DNA of 64,000 nucleotides. Source: Vicinamibacterales bacterium (GTDB taxonomy: Bacteria > Acidobacteriota > Vicinamibacteria > Vicinamibacterales > UBA8438). The number at the start of each line of letters is the position of its first letter. Position 1 is the first letter of the stretch. Positions 8,920 through 19,071 of this stretch are shown one piece after another. A program made the translations under genes and the position numbers. The DNA lies in NCBI GenBank assembly GCA_963663815.1, contig OY760734.1, one strand, 5' to 3'. The notes below the pieces were generated by a model that saw only the letters and a list, made by a program, of their open reading frames with translations, was not told where the DNA came from and did not search any database.

Positions 8920-11226
8920 ATGACAACGCCTTCGAGCCCGACGTATGACACCCGTCGCCTGGTCGCTTCGAGCGTGGCGCTCGGAATGGCGTGGACGCTG
9001 GGCGCGGCCGCCGCGTCGGCGCAGGGCGCCTTCCAGATCGAGGAAGCCACCATCGGCGACATCCAGCGCGCCATTCGGCAGGGCGAGACGACCTGCGTGC
9101 AGGTGGTCGAGGCCTATGTCGAGCGCGCGAGGGCCTACAACGGCGTCTGCACCCAGCTCGTCACCGCGGACGGCGCACCGGTCGCGCCGAGTCCGGGCGC
9201 CGTGCGGGCCGGGGCCCCCATCGAGTTCCCCGCCGCCACCGTGCCGGTGCGCGAGATTCTGCCCGACTACGACGACTACCGCGGGCGGCCGATCGAGTTC
9301 GGGCGCATGGAGCCGACGCGATCGGACCCGAGCGTCCAGCAGCAGTACGGCATGGTCGTCGGCATGGACGACGCGGGCCAGTTGAACGCGCTGAGCACGC
9401 TCAACCTGCGCGGCGAGCGCTCGGTTACGTGCAAGGGCGGGTGCGACGCGCACCCGTCGGACGGCGAGCTGCCGGCGCACTGCCCCGCCGCCTGCGAGGC
9501 GTTCCGGCGACAGCCCGACGCGCTCGAGAGGGCGGCCGAGCTCGACGCGCTGTACGGCAGGAACCCCGACCTCGAACGGATGCCCATGTACTGCGCCGCG
9601 ATCTCGTTCAAGGACGTCTTCGACACCACCGACATGCGCTCGACGAGCGGGGCCGACACCGCGTACGCGATGGACGCCGCGCCGCGCGACGCGACCGTCG
9701 TCGCCGAGCTGCGCGCCAAGGGCGCCGTCGTCTACGCCAAGGCCAACCTCTCGGAGTACAACGCCGGCGGCGGCGACCCGGGGGGCGCCGTCGCCCGGAC
9801 GCGGACGTACGGCGCAGGCGTCTCCCGCAGCAGCTGGGCCGGCCCCTCGTGCAACGTCTACGACACCGCGCGCGAGCCCGGCGGATCGAGTTCGGGGTCG
9901 GCGGTGTCGGTGGGCGCGAACCTCGCCACCTGCTCGATCTGCGAGGAGACCGGCGGCTCGTGCCGGCAGCCGGCGTGGCGGAACGGCGTCGTCGGCCTCG
10001 TGACGACCAAGGGGCTCGTGCCCTACGGCGGTGCGACCGGCGTCGAGCCCTACCTCGACCGGGGAGGCATCAACTGCCGCACCGTCGAGGACGCGGCCCG
10101 CGTGCTCGACGCGCTCGCGAACGCCGACCGCGGCTTCCACGATCCGCGCGACATCTACGCCGCGCTGCCGCGCGCGCTGGTCCCCGAGGCGCCCTACGCG
10201 AGCTTCGTCGTCGACGCCGAGACCGCCCGCGCCAGGCCGCTCGCCGGCGTGCGCATCGGCGTCGTGCGCGAGTACATGGTCAGGCACACCGACAACGACG
10301 CCGCGGCGAGCGATCTCGTCAACGAACAGATCCTCCGCGTGCTGCGCGACGAGCTCGGCGCGGAGATCGTCGAATCGTCCGACCCGGCGTATCCGGACGA
10401 CCCGTCGATCCCGAACATGGCGTACGACTTCCAGCGCGCGATAGCCGAGATCCTGCCCGTCCACATGCCCGAGTACATCCAGGCCAGGGACGCCGGCGGC
10501 GGCTACCGGTTCGCGGTACCGGGTTACGACGTGACCAGCCGCGACTATCTCGTGAGGGCGGCCGAGGGCGCCGCGCCGCTGTCGCCCGGCCTGAACCTGC
10601 GCAGCATCAACCGCTCGCCGCGCACCTTGAGCCTCAGCTTCTACCTGGCCCAGTACCTGATGCGCCGCGGGGACGCCACGGTGACCGACTGGACGAGCCT
10701 GAACGCGAACTCGAAGTACTTCAGCGAGCGGCGCGCGGTGGCGATGCGCAACTGGGAGAACGCCCGCAACATCGTCTCGGCGGGCATCACCCGGCGCGTG
10801 CAGATGCGCGACGTCATGCGGCTCGTCCTCCTCAACGTGCTGCACCGGAACGACATCGACGTGCTCGTCAACCCGACGATCACGGTGCCCCCGGTGCGAA
10901 TCGGCTACGCCGGGGAACCGTCGGTCGACGACCGTCCGACCGGCCGATGTCCCACGAGCGCCAACCTCGGTGTTCCGGAGATCACCGTGCCGGCCGGCTT
11001 CAACCGCATCGTCCACGACCCCGAGTACGTGCTGAACGAGGAGCGGAACGGCTACGACAACGTCACGGGCAGCCGGCGCACGGAGCTCGAAGCCGCGCTC
11101 CCGGTCGGCATCTCGTTCTGGGCGGGACCGGGCGACGAGCCGATCGTCCTGCGCGTCGCGTCGGCCTACGAGGCGGCGACGAAGCATCGGCGACCGCCGC
11201 CGGACTTCGGCCCGGTCCGCCGGTAG
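8920..11226 (+). CDS. Secreted amidase signature family protein
   Basis: KDVFDT, GGSSSGSAVSV and ETGGSCRQPA amidase motifs; signal peptide; AGGAG RBS before ATG 8920. Confidence 0.9.
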   Translation: MTTPSSPTYDTRRLVASSVALGMAWTLGAAAASAQGAFQIEEATIGDIQRAIRQGETTCVQVVEAYVERARAYNGVCTQLVTADGAPVAPSPGAVRAGAPIEFPAATVPVREILPDYDDYRGRPIEFGRMEPTRSDPSVQQQYGMVVGMDDAGQLNALSTLNLRGERSVTCKGGCDAHPSDGELPAHCPAACEAFRRQPDALERAAELDALYGRNPDLERMPMYCAAISFKDVFDTTDMRSTSGADTAYAMDAAPRDATVVAELRAKGAVVYAKANLSEYNAGGGDPGGAVARTRTYGAGVSRSSWAGPSCNVYDTAREPGGSSSGSAVSVGANLATCSICEETGGSCRQPAWRNGVVGLVTTKGLVPYGGATGVEPYLDRGGINCRTVEDAARVLDALANADRGFHDPRDIYAALPRALVPEAPYASFVVDAETARARPLAGVRIGVVREYMVRHTDNDAAASDLVNEQILRVLRDELGAEIVESSDPAYPDDPSIPNMAYDFQRAIAEILPVHMPEYIQARDAGGGYRFAVPGYDVTSRDYLVRAAEGAAPLSPGLNLRSINRSPRTLSLSFYLAQYLMRRGDATVTDWTSLNANSKYFSERRAVAMRNWENARNIVSAGITRRVQMRDVMRLVLLNVLHRNDIDVLVNPTITVPPVRIGYAGEPSVDDRPTGRCPTSANLGVPEITVPAGFNRIVHDPEYVLNEERNGYDNVTGSRRTELEAALPVGISFWAGPGDEPIVLRVASAYEAATKHRRPPPDFGPVRR

Positions 11227-11523
11227 AGCAGGCGCGCGAGGCGCTGCGCCGAACCGCCGGCCGGTCGATATGCGGGCGCGAGGGCGCGCTCCGCCGAAAC
11301 GAGCGGCGCCGGCCGGTGCCGGCCGATGGTCGATGACGTCGGCGCGGGGAGACGCTGCGCCGACACGAGCCGCAGGGTCGACGTGACTCGGCCGCGAGAG
11401 GAGGTGCTCTGCCGGGAGCGGGCCGCTGGCGGGCGGACGTCACCCGATTACTGCCGCGACGCGGCTCGTGATGATAGGATGGCCGGCCTGCGCGGCGGAC
11501 GTACTACGGAATCGGAGACTCTG

Positions 11524-12552
11524 ATGACGAAGAACGCCCTCATGCTGCCACTCGCCCTGGTGCTCGCCGTCGCGTTCGCCGCGACCGCCGCCGCGCAGCC
11601 GGCCGCGTTAGACCGCCTGCCGCCCGACGTCCTCGATGCCGAGGCGCCGTCGGAGCGCGTCACCGGCGAGCCCGGCGCCATGAAGATCCGCCGGACGTCG
11701 TGCCACACGGCGCCGATGAACGAGGTCCGGCGGCGCATCGTCGACTTGGCGGTGCAGGAGTGGGCGTTCTTCGGCTTCATCGTCGTGGACCAGACCGTGG
11801 TCGAAGAGTCCGGCTCGGGCCAGCCGCGCCGGCGCCGTTGGCGGCGCCCCGGCCGGGCCGAGTCGGCCCGCGTGGCCGCCTCCATCGCCGGCTACTGGAC
11901 GGTCACGCCGCAGGGCGGCTGGATCATCGGCGAACAGAACGACGCCTGGAGCGGACCGCGCGGCGTCGCCTCGCGCTGGCGCTACCCGTGGTCGGCGGCC
12001 TTCGTGTCGTGGGCGATGTGCGAGGCCGGCCTCGGCGAGGCGTCCCGCTTCCAGCGCGCGGTAGCGCACCACGTCTACATCGACCAGGCCATCCGCGCAC
12101 GCGGCGGCGGAACGCCGAGCGCGGCGTTCGCGGCCTACGACGTCGGCGAGGCGCCGGTCGTGCCGGGCGATCTGCTGTGCAGCGCCCGCCGGCCCGCCTA
12201 CCGTTCCATCGCCGAGCGGCGGCGCCAGCTCGGCGTCGGCGCCCGGACCCATTGCGATATCGTCGTGAAGGTCGAGCCGTCGCGCCGCCGCATTCTCGCC
12301 GTCGGCGGCAACGTGCGCGGCGCCGTGAGCCTGAAACTGCTCCCGGCGTCGGCCGATGGCACCGACGGCACGCTCCGCCCCCTCCCCGGCCGACGCCGAA
12401 TCTTCGCCCACCTCAAGCTGCGCGCCCCGTCCATCGCGGCCGACGCGCTGGACCGTACGCCCACGATGCGCGCGGTCCGGTGCACCGACGACTTCCCGCT
12501 GCCGCCACAGGCAGCCGCCGCCGGCCTCGTCGGTCGTAGCGCCTTCTGCTGA
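11524..12552 (+). CDS. DUF2272 domain secreted protein (CHAP/NlpC-P60-like)
   Basis: Signal peptide, PWSAAFVSWAMC, HHVYI, THCDIVV and VGGNV motifs. Confidence 0.82.
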   Translation: MTKNALMLPLALVLAVAFAATAAAQPAALDRLPPDVLDAEAPSERVTGEPGAMKIRRTSCHTAPMNEVRRRIVDLAVQEWAFFGFIVVDQTVVEESGSGQPRRRRWRRPGRAESARVAASIAGYWTVTPQGGWIIGEQNDAWSGPRGVASRWRYPWSAAFVSWAMCEAGLGEASRFQRAVAHHVYIDQAIRARGGGTPSAAFAAYDVGEAPVVPGDLLCSARRPAYRSIAERRRQLGVGARTHCDIVVKVEPSRRRILAVGGNVRGAVSLKLLPASADGTDGTLRPLPGRRRIFAHLKLRAPSIAADALDRTPTMRAVRCTDDFPLPPQAAAAGLVGRSAFC

Positions 12553-12728
12553 ACCAAGGTGCAATGGAGGATGGTTCGCGCGTTCCGAGGCGACGCTGCG
12601 GACCGACCAGCCGGTCTGCCGTCACGACGCGGCAGGCGGCGGCCGGCCGTGAGGCCGGCGAGGTCCGCGGTGTCGGTCGGAACAATGGCGGTGTCGGTCG
12701 TAGAGGTCGGCTCCCTGCCCCCTGGGTG

Positions 12729-12984
12729 CTACGAGCCGAACATCCGAAGGATGGCGACGGCCGCGCCGATCACGGCGGTGAGGATCACGCCCGTCTGCGC
12801 CAGCATGGCTCCCGCGAAGCGCCACGTCAGGCGAGCCTCAAGGGCGGCGAGGTCCGCCTTGGTGGCCATGTCGGCCGGCGCGTCGGCCGCCTGGCGCACG
12901 CCGTCAACGATGGCGTCGGCGTGTTCCGGCTTGATGCCGGCGACGGTCAGGCGGCGAGCGGCGGCGAGCGAGCGTGTCCAGCAT
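12729..12984 (-). pseudogene. DUF1640/CCDC90-like small coiled-coil membrane protein, frameshifted
   Basis: ATG CTG GAC ACG CTC (MLDTL) is joined to AAARRLTVAG...MATKADLAALEARLTWR by a 4-bp GCTC duplication that breaks the frame. A C-terminal TM segment is present. Confidence 0.65.
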
Positions 12985-13019
12985 CGGTCGGTCTTTCTCC
13001 CGCAATGCACGTCCCATTG

Positions 13020-13085
13020 TATCGACCAGGCCATCCGCGCGCGGGCGCCGGCGCCCCGACCCACGGCGACATCGTGAAGGTCGAG
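13020..13085 (+). repeat. Internally deleted relic of the DUF2272 gene
   Basis: Matches 12079-12098 exactly, joined to a diverged copy of 12238-12276. Confidence 0.7.
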
Positions 13086-13122
13086 ATCCGGCATCGCGAA
13101 GGCGTTCGACATCGCCACAGGG

Positions 13123-13153
13123 TTGAGGGTGGCCGAGTCGTCGCCGCCGTACG
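13123..13153. repeat. 31-bp exact direct repeat, copy 1 (TTGAGGGTGGCCGAGTCGTCGCCGCCGTACG)
   Basis: Identical to 19593-19623. Confidence 0.9.
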
Positions 13154-13155
13154 TC

Positions 13156-13971
13156 TCAGGGCGATCCGGTTGCGGCGAGGAGTTCAGAGACGAGCGTGGT
13201 GAACGAGGCGGCAATAACGGCCGGCTCAACGTTCGGGCGTGCCGCACGGACCGCCATTCCGATGCCCAGGGCCTGCGGATGACCGAACAACGGTGCGAGC
13301 TGCGAATCCGCCTCGGCGGTAACCGCTCTGCTCAACTCGTCGTCCGCCAGTTGGGCCAAGCCCGCCGCGAGCGTTGCGGTCTCGGTTGCCTGCAGGAGCC
13401 GCAGGACATCCAGCGCGTCCTTGTCGCTGACTCGGTCGGCGACGCCGATGCGCTCGGCGATCTTGTGAACTTTGGCCACGAGCAGCGCCGCCGGCCCGGC
13501 GACGAGCATCGTAACGCATCGCTCTGTCACGGGGTCGAGTGATGGGATCGTCATGAGCTTCCGGTCGACGATCGCTCCTTCCAGCCCCTTCGCTCGCCTT
13601 GCCACTCTCTCGCCGTGGGGTCCGAGGCGAGCTCTCCGTCGCGAACGGGGTCCGGCCAGAGCCTCGGGAACCATGAGGTCGACGGGAATCCCATCGGGGC
13701 TCGACCACGCGCCAGGATGCTTTCCGGGCAAGAAGCCTCGCGCCTCGAGCAATCCGGCCAGGAGGGGCGCGTCGCTCAGAACTGCCGGCGCTACGCAGAA
13801 GTCGGCGTCGGTCGTGTACTCCGCGGTGGCGAAATCGGCGCGGCCGGTGTGGAGATAGATGGCCTGAGCGCCGACGAGCACGAAGGCGTCGCGCTGCTCC
13901 GCCACCGCATCGGCGGCGTCGAGCAGCGCGGTGCGGGCGCGAACGTACAGGGGGTCAGGACCGCCAGACAT
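13156..13971 (-). CDS. Nucleotidyltransferase-fold protein, putative type IV TA toxin (AbiEii/GSU2403-like)
   Basis: VLVGAQA...TTDAD NTase motif, LLVAKVHKI and KDALDV. It overlaps the stop of the upstream AbiEi-like gene. Confidence 0.75.
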   Translation of the reverse strand: MSGGPDPLYVRARTALLDAADAVAEQRDAFVLVGAQAIYLHTGRADFATAEYTTDADFCVAPAVLSDAPLLAGLLEARGFLPGKHPGAWSSPDGIPVDLMVPEALAGPRSRRRARLGPHGERVARRAKGLEGAIVDRKLMTIPSLDPVTERCVTMLVAGPAALLVAKVHKIAERIGVADRVSDKDALDVLRLLQATETATLAAGLAQLADDELSRAVTAEADSQLAPLFGHPQALGIGMAVRAARPNVEPAVIAASFTTLVSELLAATGSP

Positions 13972-15034
13972 GCTCGTTCCTCTCCATCCACGACAGCATT
14001 TCTTCGCCCTGTGAGGGTTCTCGACCCGGCCCCGTCAGCAGATCGACGGCGAGCTGCCCGGGGGCGACACAGCGGAGACCGTCGCGTTCGACCGTCCGAT
14101 CGAAGACGACAGGATCCAGAGGCTCGAGAAGCACCACGTTGGCACCGGCGTCCGTCTCTCGGAGATCCAGGCGGCCGATGGCCTGGCTCGGGTCGGTGAC
14201 GTAGACGGTCGCCAGCCGCGCAGGCGCAATGGGATCGAATCGCTGAGCGGCAAGGGCGCCGGTGACGGCGTACGCGAGCTCCCACGGACGGAGCTTGTCC
14301 TCCAAAGCCGGTAGCCCCCGCGGCTCGAGCGCCGTCGTCGGAGTGTTGGAGTCGGTCTGATCGTAGTCCTCGGCCCACCGGCGGATGGCACCCTGCCAGT
14401 CGACGGTCGAGACGGCGCCGCGTACGCGGGTCACGACTGCCTCGCGTTCGAGCAGGTCCAGCACGCGGGACAGGGTCGGCGCCGACGCGCCCGTCGACTG
14501 AGCCAGCTCGCGGACACCGTATGGAGGGCGGGTATCGATGATGGCCCTCATGGCTCGGGCGGCGCCCCGTCCCCGCAGGGACCGTAGCTTGTGCTCCCTT
14601 GGCCAAGGGTCGCGGTCGGCGCCGTCGGTGGCAATGAACAGCCCCGGCGTGGAGATCTCGATGCGGACGTTGCCCGTGAGGTCGATGTAGCCGACCCGGC
14701 GGGCGCGGAGCATGGCCCGGGAGCGGGGGGAGAGATAGGCGGCCGCCACGACGGGCACGGCGCGCGGCAGCGCGCCGACCGTGACCGCCGAGATCTGCTC
14801 GACTGCCCGGGAGACATCGCGTGGTTCCAGAGTCCGCTTGACCTCGACTGCAAGGATCGCGCTCTCGCCGGCGGGTGACGCGACCTCCGCCAGCAGGTCT
14901 ACGCGGTACGAGCCGAGCGATTCGGCCCGCCGAGCCTGGAGCGACCAGCCGGCCGGGATTCGTTCAGCCAGCACCCGCTCGGTTTGGCGCTCGACCTGCA
15001 TTTCGGTCGGGGGCCGCTTGTCGGTTGCAGGCAT
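13955..15034 (-). CDS. Type IV TA AbiEi-like antitoxin / HTH regulator with N-terminal PD-(D/E)xK-like region
   Basis: VDLL...AVEVKR, GYIDLTGN, HTH (GVRELAQSTGASAPTLSRVL) and C-terminal AYAVTG...QLAVDLLTGPGR. Confidence 0.75.
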   Translation of the reverse strand: MPATDKRPPTEMQVERQTERVLAERIPAGWSLQARRAESLGSYRVDLLAEVASPAGESAILAVEVKRTLEPRDVSRAVEQISAVTVGALPRAVPVVAAAYLSPRSRAMLRARRVGYIDLTGNVRIEISTPGLFIATDGADRDPWPREHKLRSLRGRGAARAMRAIIDTRPPYGVRELAQSTGASAPTLSRVLDLLEREAVVTRVRGAVSTVDWQGAIRRWAEDYDQTDSNTPTTALEPRGLPALEDKLRPWELAYAVTGALAAQRFDPIAPARLATVYVTDPSQAIGRLDLRETDAGANVVLLEPLDPVVFDRTVERDGLRCVAPGQLAVDLLTGPGREPSQGEEMLSWMERNEHVWRS

Positions 15035-15060
15035 GGGGTTCTGTTCTCTTCCAGAGGCGG

Positions 15061-15114
15061 GTTTCGAATATTGTAGCGTTTCATCATGGGCGAAACTAGA
15101 TATGTTATGAAACG
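15061..15114. promoter_or_regulatory. Candidate antitoxin operator: CGTTTCAT-N22-ATGAAACG plus GTTTCG...CGAAAC
   Basis: Inverted repeats at 15077-15084/15107-15114 and 15061-15066/15091-15096 in an AT-rich patch upstream of the AbiEi-like gene. A TACAAT -10-like hexamer lies on the minus strand. Confidence 0.5.
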
Positions 15115-15324
15115 ACGCATCGCCGGAATCCGAATCGACCTGGGCGATCTCCTCGCCGGGCTCCACGGTCGTCTGCCGATCGTCGGGCGCCGGACAATGA
15201 ACGAAGCCGGTCGACCGCACGTCCAACTCCACGACTCGCGCGGCGCTCGCTCCAGATCTCTTGTCGCGGGCACGGAAGCAGGAACAAGACGAGGGGCTCG
15301 GGGTCCAACGTCCTGGGGGAAGAG

Positions 15325-18300
15325 ATGCGCTACTTCATCGCTACGCTGACGCTGCTGGTCTCGCTGGGCGCGACGACCACCTGGGCCCAGATCGACGCCC
15401 GGATGCTGCGCTACCCCGACGTCTCAGCGACGCAGATCGCCTTCGTCTACGCCGGCGACATCTGGGTGGTCGCCAAGGAGGGCGGCTCGGCCCGCAAGCT
15501 GAGCTCGCCGCCCGGGGAGGAGGCCTTCCCGCGGTTCTCGCCCGACGGCGCGCAGATTGCCTTCAGCGGCAACTACAACGGCAACACCGATGTCTACGTC
15601 GTCCCGACCCTGGGCGGTGCGCCGTTCCGGATCACGCACCATCCGGGCGACGACCGGGTCCTCGACTGGACCCCGGACGGCCGGGGCGTCCTCCTCGCCT
15701 CCAACCGGCGGAGCGGGCTGCCCTCGTTTCGGCAGATCTACCGCGTCGCGAGCGAGGGCGGTCAGCCCGAGCGGCTCGCCGTGCCGTACGGGGAGTTCGG
15801 CACGCTGTCGCCCGACGGGCGGCGCATCGCCTACACCCCGGAGACCCGCGGGTTCCGAACGTGGAAGCGCTACCGGGGCGGGGCCGCGCCCGAGATCTGG
15901 CTCCTCGATCTCGAGACGCTCGACGCCGAGAACGTCAGCGACAGCCCGGCCAACGACGCCCAGCCGATGTGGCACGGCGACCGGCTGTACTTCCTCTCCG
16001 ATCGCGGGCCGGCCCAGCGGTACAACATCTGGGCCCACGACCTGACGACCGGCTCGAAGCGGCAGGTGACCGCCTTCACCGACTTCGACATCACGTTCCC
16101 CGCCATCGGGCCGTCGGACCTGGTCTTCCAGGCCGGGGGCCGGCTCTTTCGCATGGACCTCGCCACCGAGCGGGTCTCGGAGGTCGCGGTCGACGTGGTG
16201 ACCGACCTGGCTGCCCTGGTCCCGCGCACCGCGGACGTGGCGAATCGCATCACCTCGGCGGGGATCTCGCCGACCGGGCAGCGAGCCGTGTTCGAGGCGC
16301 GGGGCGAGATATTCACGGTCCCCGCCCGGCACGGCGCGGTGCGCAACCTGACGCACTCGTCGGGCGCGGCGGATCGGTTCCCGGCCTGGTCACCCGACGG
16401 CCGGTGGATCGCCTCGTGGAGCGACAGCGGGGGCGAGTACGAGCTGACGCTGCACCGGGCCGACGGCGCCGGCGAGCCGCAGGTCGTGACCGCGCTCGGA
16501 CCGGGGTTCCGCTACCGCCCGTTCTGGGCCCCCGACAGCACCAAGCTCGCCTTCATCGACCACACGCAGCGCATCCACGTCTTCGACCGCGAGACCGAGG
16601 CGCTGACCGAAATCGACCGCGGGCTGCACATGCTGCATAACGCGCTGGCCGGCTTCGAGCTGAGCTGGTCGCACGACAGCCGCTGGGTCGCCTGGTCCCG
16701 CGGGCTCGAGACCAACAACAGCGCCGTCTTCCTCTTCGATACCGAGGCCGGCGAGCGTTTCCAGGTAACCTCCGGCTACTACAACGACTTCCGGCCGGTC
16801 TTCGACCCCGCCGGCAAGCACCTCTACTACTACTCGAACCGGACGCTCGCCCCGGTCTATTCCGATCTCGACGCCACGTGGGTCTACCCGAACGCGACGA
16901 ACATCGTGGCCGCAACCCTGCGCGACGACGTGCCGTCGCCCCTCGCGCCCCGAAACGACGAGGAGCCCGTCGCGGAGGACGACGACGAGGCCGAGCCTGA
17001 CGAGGACGCGGCCGGGGAGGCGGACGAGGCGGAGCCCGGGTCGGACGACGAAGACGATGCCGGGACGCCGCCGCTCGACATCGACGTCGACGGCTTCGAG
17101 AGCCGGGCCGTGATGCTGCCGGTCGAGGCCGGCAACTTCGGCCGCCTGCGGGCGGTCGACGGCAAGGTCGTCTTCCACCGGAGGCCGCGCGCCGGCGCCG
17201 CCGGCGACCAGCCGAGCCCCATCGTCGCCTACGACCTCGAGGAACGGGAGGAGCAGACCATCCTGCCCGACGGAGACAGCTACGAGATCTCGGCGGACGG
17301 CAAGAAGCTGCTCGTGTCGAACGAGCGGTCATGGGCGATCGTCGACGTCGCGCCGGGGCAGACGCTGGAAGACCGCCTGGCCACCAACGCGCTGACGATG
17401 ACCCTCGATCCGTCCGCCGAGTGGCGGCAGATGTTCGACGAGGTGTGGCGCACCTATCGGGACTACTTCTACGACGACGACCTGCACGGCCTCGACTGGA
17501 ACGGACTGCGGGCGCAGTACGGCGGCCTGCTCGACCAGACCGTCACGCGCTGGGACGTCAACTTCCTGATCGGCGAGCTCATCGGCGAGGTCAACGCCTC
17601 GCACACCTACGTCGGCGGGGGCGACACCGAGGCGCCGCGCCGGCGCGGCGTCGGTCTGCTCGGCGTCGACTGGTCGCTGGAGAACGGCGCCTACCGCATC
17701 GCCCGCATCGTGCGGGGCGCGCCCTGGGACATCGCCGACCGGTCTCCCCTCGACGAGCCCGGCGTCGACGTCGACGAAGGCGACTACCTGCTCGCCGTCA
17801 ACGGCAACCCCCTCGACCCGGCGCGCGACCCGTACTCGGCCTTCGAGGGACTGGCGGGCGAGACGGTTCTCCTCACCGTGAACGACCGGCCGACCGTCGA
17901 GGGCGCCCGCGAGGTCGTCGTGACGACGTTGAGAAGCGAGGCTACGCTCCGGATGCGCGACTGGATCGAGCAGAACCGCCTCCGTGTCGACGACGCCTCG
18001 GGCGGCCGCATCGGCTACGTGTACGTGCCGAACACGGGGGTACCCGGTCAGACCGAGCTGGTGCGGCAGTTCAACCACCAGCACAACAGGGACGGGCTGA
18101 TCATCGACGAACGGTGGAACGGCGGCGGTCAGCTGCCGGACCGCTTCGTCGAGCTGATGAACCGGAAGACGGTCGGCCACATCTACTTCCGGCACGGCGC
18201 GACCGCGCGTCAGCCGACCATCACCCACCGCGGCCACAAGGCGATGCTGATCAACGGCCAGGCCGGCTCGGGCGGCGACGCGTTCCCGTGGTTCTTCCGC

Positions 18301-18639
18301 GAGATGGACGCGGGCGTTCTCGTGGGCGAGCGCACCTGGGGCGGCCTGATCGGCCCCGCCTCGGGACACCAGCTCATCGACGGCGGCTTCTACACGGCGC
18401 CCCCCGGGCGGCTCTACCGCAACGACGGGCAGTGGTTCGCGGAGGGGCACGGGGTCGAGCCGGACATTCCGGTGACGGACCACCCGGGCGAGCTGGCCAG
18501 GGGGAACGACCCCCAGCTCGACGCGGCGGTCGCGGAGCTCATGCGCCGCATCCGGGAGGATCCCCCGGCGCTGCCCGCGCCGCCCGGTGACGAGCGCCGG
18601 ATCGCCACCGATTCCGACGGCGGGAACGGGGACCGTTAG
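15325..18639 (+). CDS. Tricorn protease homolog (S41 peptidase with beta-propellers and PDZ)
   Basis: Signal peptide, PD40-type repeats (PRFSPDG), GELNASH-like GEVNASHTY, IIDERWNGGG, GSGGD nucleophile, GERTWGG, EGHGVEPD. Confidence 0.95.
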   Translation: MRYFIATLTLLVSLGATTTWAQIDARMLRYPDVSATQIAFVYAGDIWVVAKEGGSARKLSSPPGEEAFPRFSPDGAQIAFSGNYNGNTDVYVVPTLGGAPFRITHHPGDDRVLDWTPDGRGVLLASNRRSGLPSFRQIYRVASEGGQPERLAVPYGEFGTLSPDGRRIAYTPETRGFRTWKRYRGGAAPEIWLLDLETLDAENVSDSPANDAQPMWHGDRLYFLSDRGPAQRYNIWAHDLTTGSKRQVTAFTDFDITFPAIGPSDLVFQAGGRLFRMDLATERVSEVAVDVVTDLAALVPRTADVANRITSAGISPTGQRAVFEARGEIFTVPARHGAVRNLTHSSGAADRFPAWSPDGRWIASWSDSGGEYELTLHRADGAGEPQVVTALGPGFRYRPFWAPDSTKLAFIDHTQRIHVFDRETEALTEIDRGLHMLHNALAGFELSWSHDSRWVAWSRGLETNNSAVFLFDTEAGERFQVTSGYYNDFRPVFDPAGKHLYYYSNRTLAPVYSDLDATWVYPNATNIVAATLRDDVPSPLAPRNDEEPVAEDDDEAEPDEDAAGEADEAEPGSDDEDDAGTPPLDIDVDGFESRAVMLPVEAGNFGRLRAVDGKVVFHRRPRAGAAGDQPSPIVAYDLEEREEQTILPDGDSYEISADGKKLLVSNERSWAIVDVAPGQTLEDRLATNALTMTLDPSAEWRQMFDEVWRTYRDYFYDDDLHGLDWNGLRAQYGGLLDQTVTRWDVNFLIGELIGEVNASHTYVGGGDTEAPRRRGVGLLGVDWSLENGAYRIARIVRGAPWDIADRSPLDEPGVDVDEGDYLLAVNGNPLDPARDPYSAFEGLAGETVLLTVNDRPTVEGAREVVVTTLRSEATLRMRDWIEQNRLRVDDASGGRIGYVYVPNTGVPGQTELVRQFNHQHNRDGLIIDERWNGGGQLPDRFVELMNRKTVGHIYFRHGATARQPTITHRGHKAMLINGQAGSGGDAFPWFFREMDAGVLVGERTWGGLIGPASGHQLIDGGFYTAPPGRLYRNDGQWFAEGHGVEPDIPVTDHPGELARGNDPQLDAAVAELMRRIREDPPALPAPPGDERRIATDSDGGNGDR

Positions 18640-18642
18640 CGC

Positions 18643-18816
18643 GTTGGCGTTGGGGTTGCCGTTCTGACGGTCGGCGCGACGGTTGTCGCGTCTCACTTCA
18701 GCCTGCACCGCGACATGGCTGATCTCCGCGAACGGATGGCGAAGCTGGAGGGCGCCATGGACGGCTGGACGAAGGCCGCCGACGCCCTCACCCCGCGCGC
18801 TCTTCCGCCAGCCTGA
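18643..18816 (+). pseudogene. Start-less small TM plus coiled-coil protein fragment (...DLRERMAKLEG...)
   Basis: Reads VGVGVAVLTVGATVVASHFSLHRDMADLRERMAKLEGAMDG; no start codon; in frame with the tricorn TAG. Confidence 0.45.
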
Positions 18817-18856
18817 GCTCGCGCCGCGTCCCGCCGCGACGTGTTGAACCGAAGAG

Positions 18857-19071
18857 TCAGAACGTGGCGATCGGGTTGATCGGCGACCCGGTGCCGCGCG
18901 TGGGCAGCGGCGCCGCCGTCAGCAGGAACTCGTAGCGGTTCAGCGAGGCGGCCACCTCCCCCACCGCCTCCAGGTCCAGGTTGTCGAACAGCGGCATCCC
19001 CAGGTAGATGAGCGCGAAGCGGTGGAGCGGGCGGGGACCGAGGTCGTCCGCCGCCATCACGGCCGCCTCGG
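18857..19071 (-). pseudogene. 3' fragment of the cyclase gene (copy of 20640-20854)
   Basis: 215 bp nearly identical to 20640-20854, beginning exactly at the stop codon. Confidence 0.92.
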
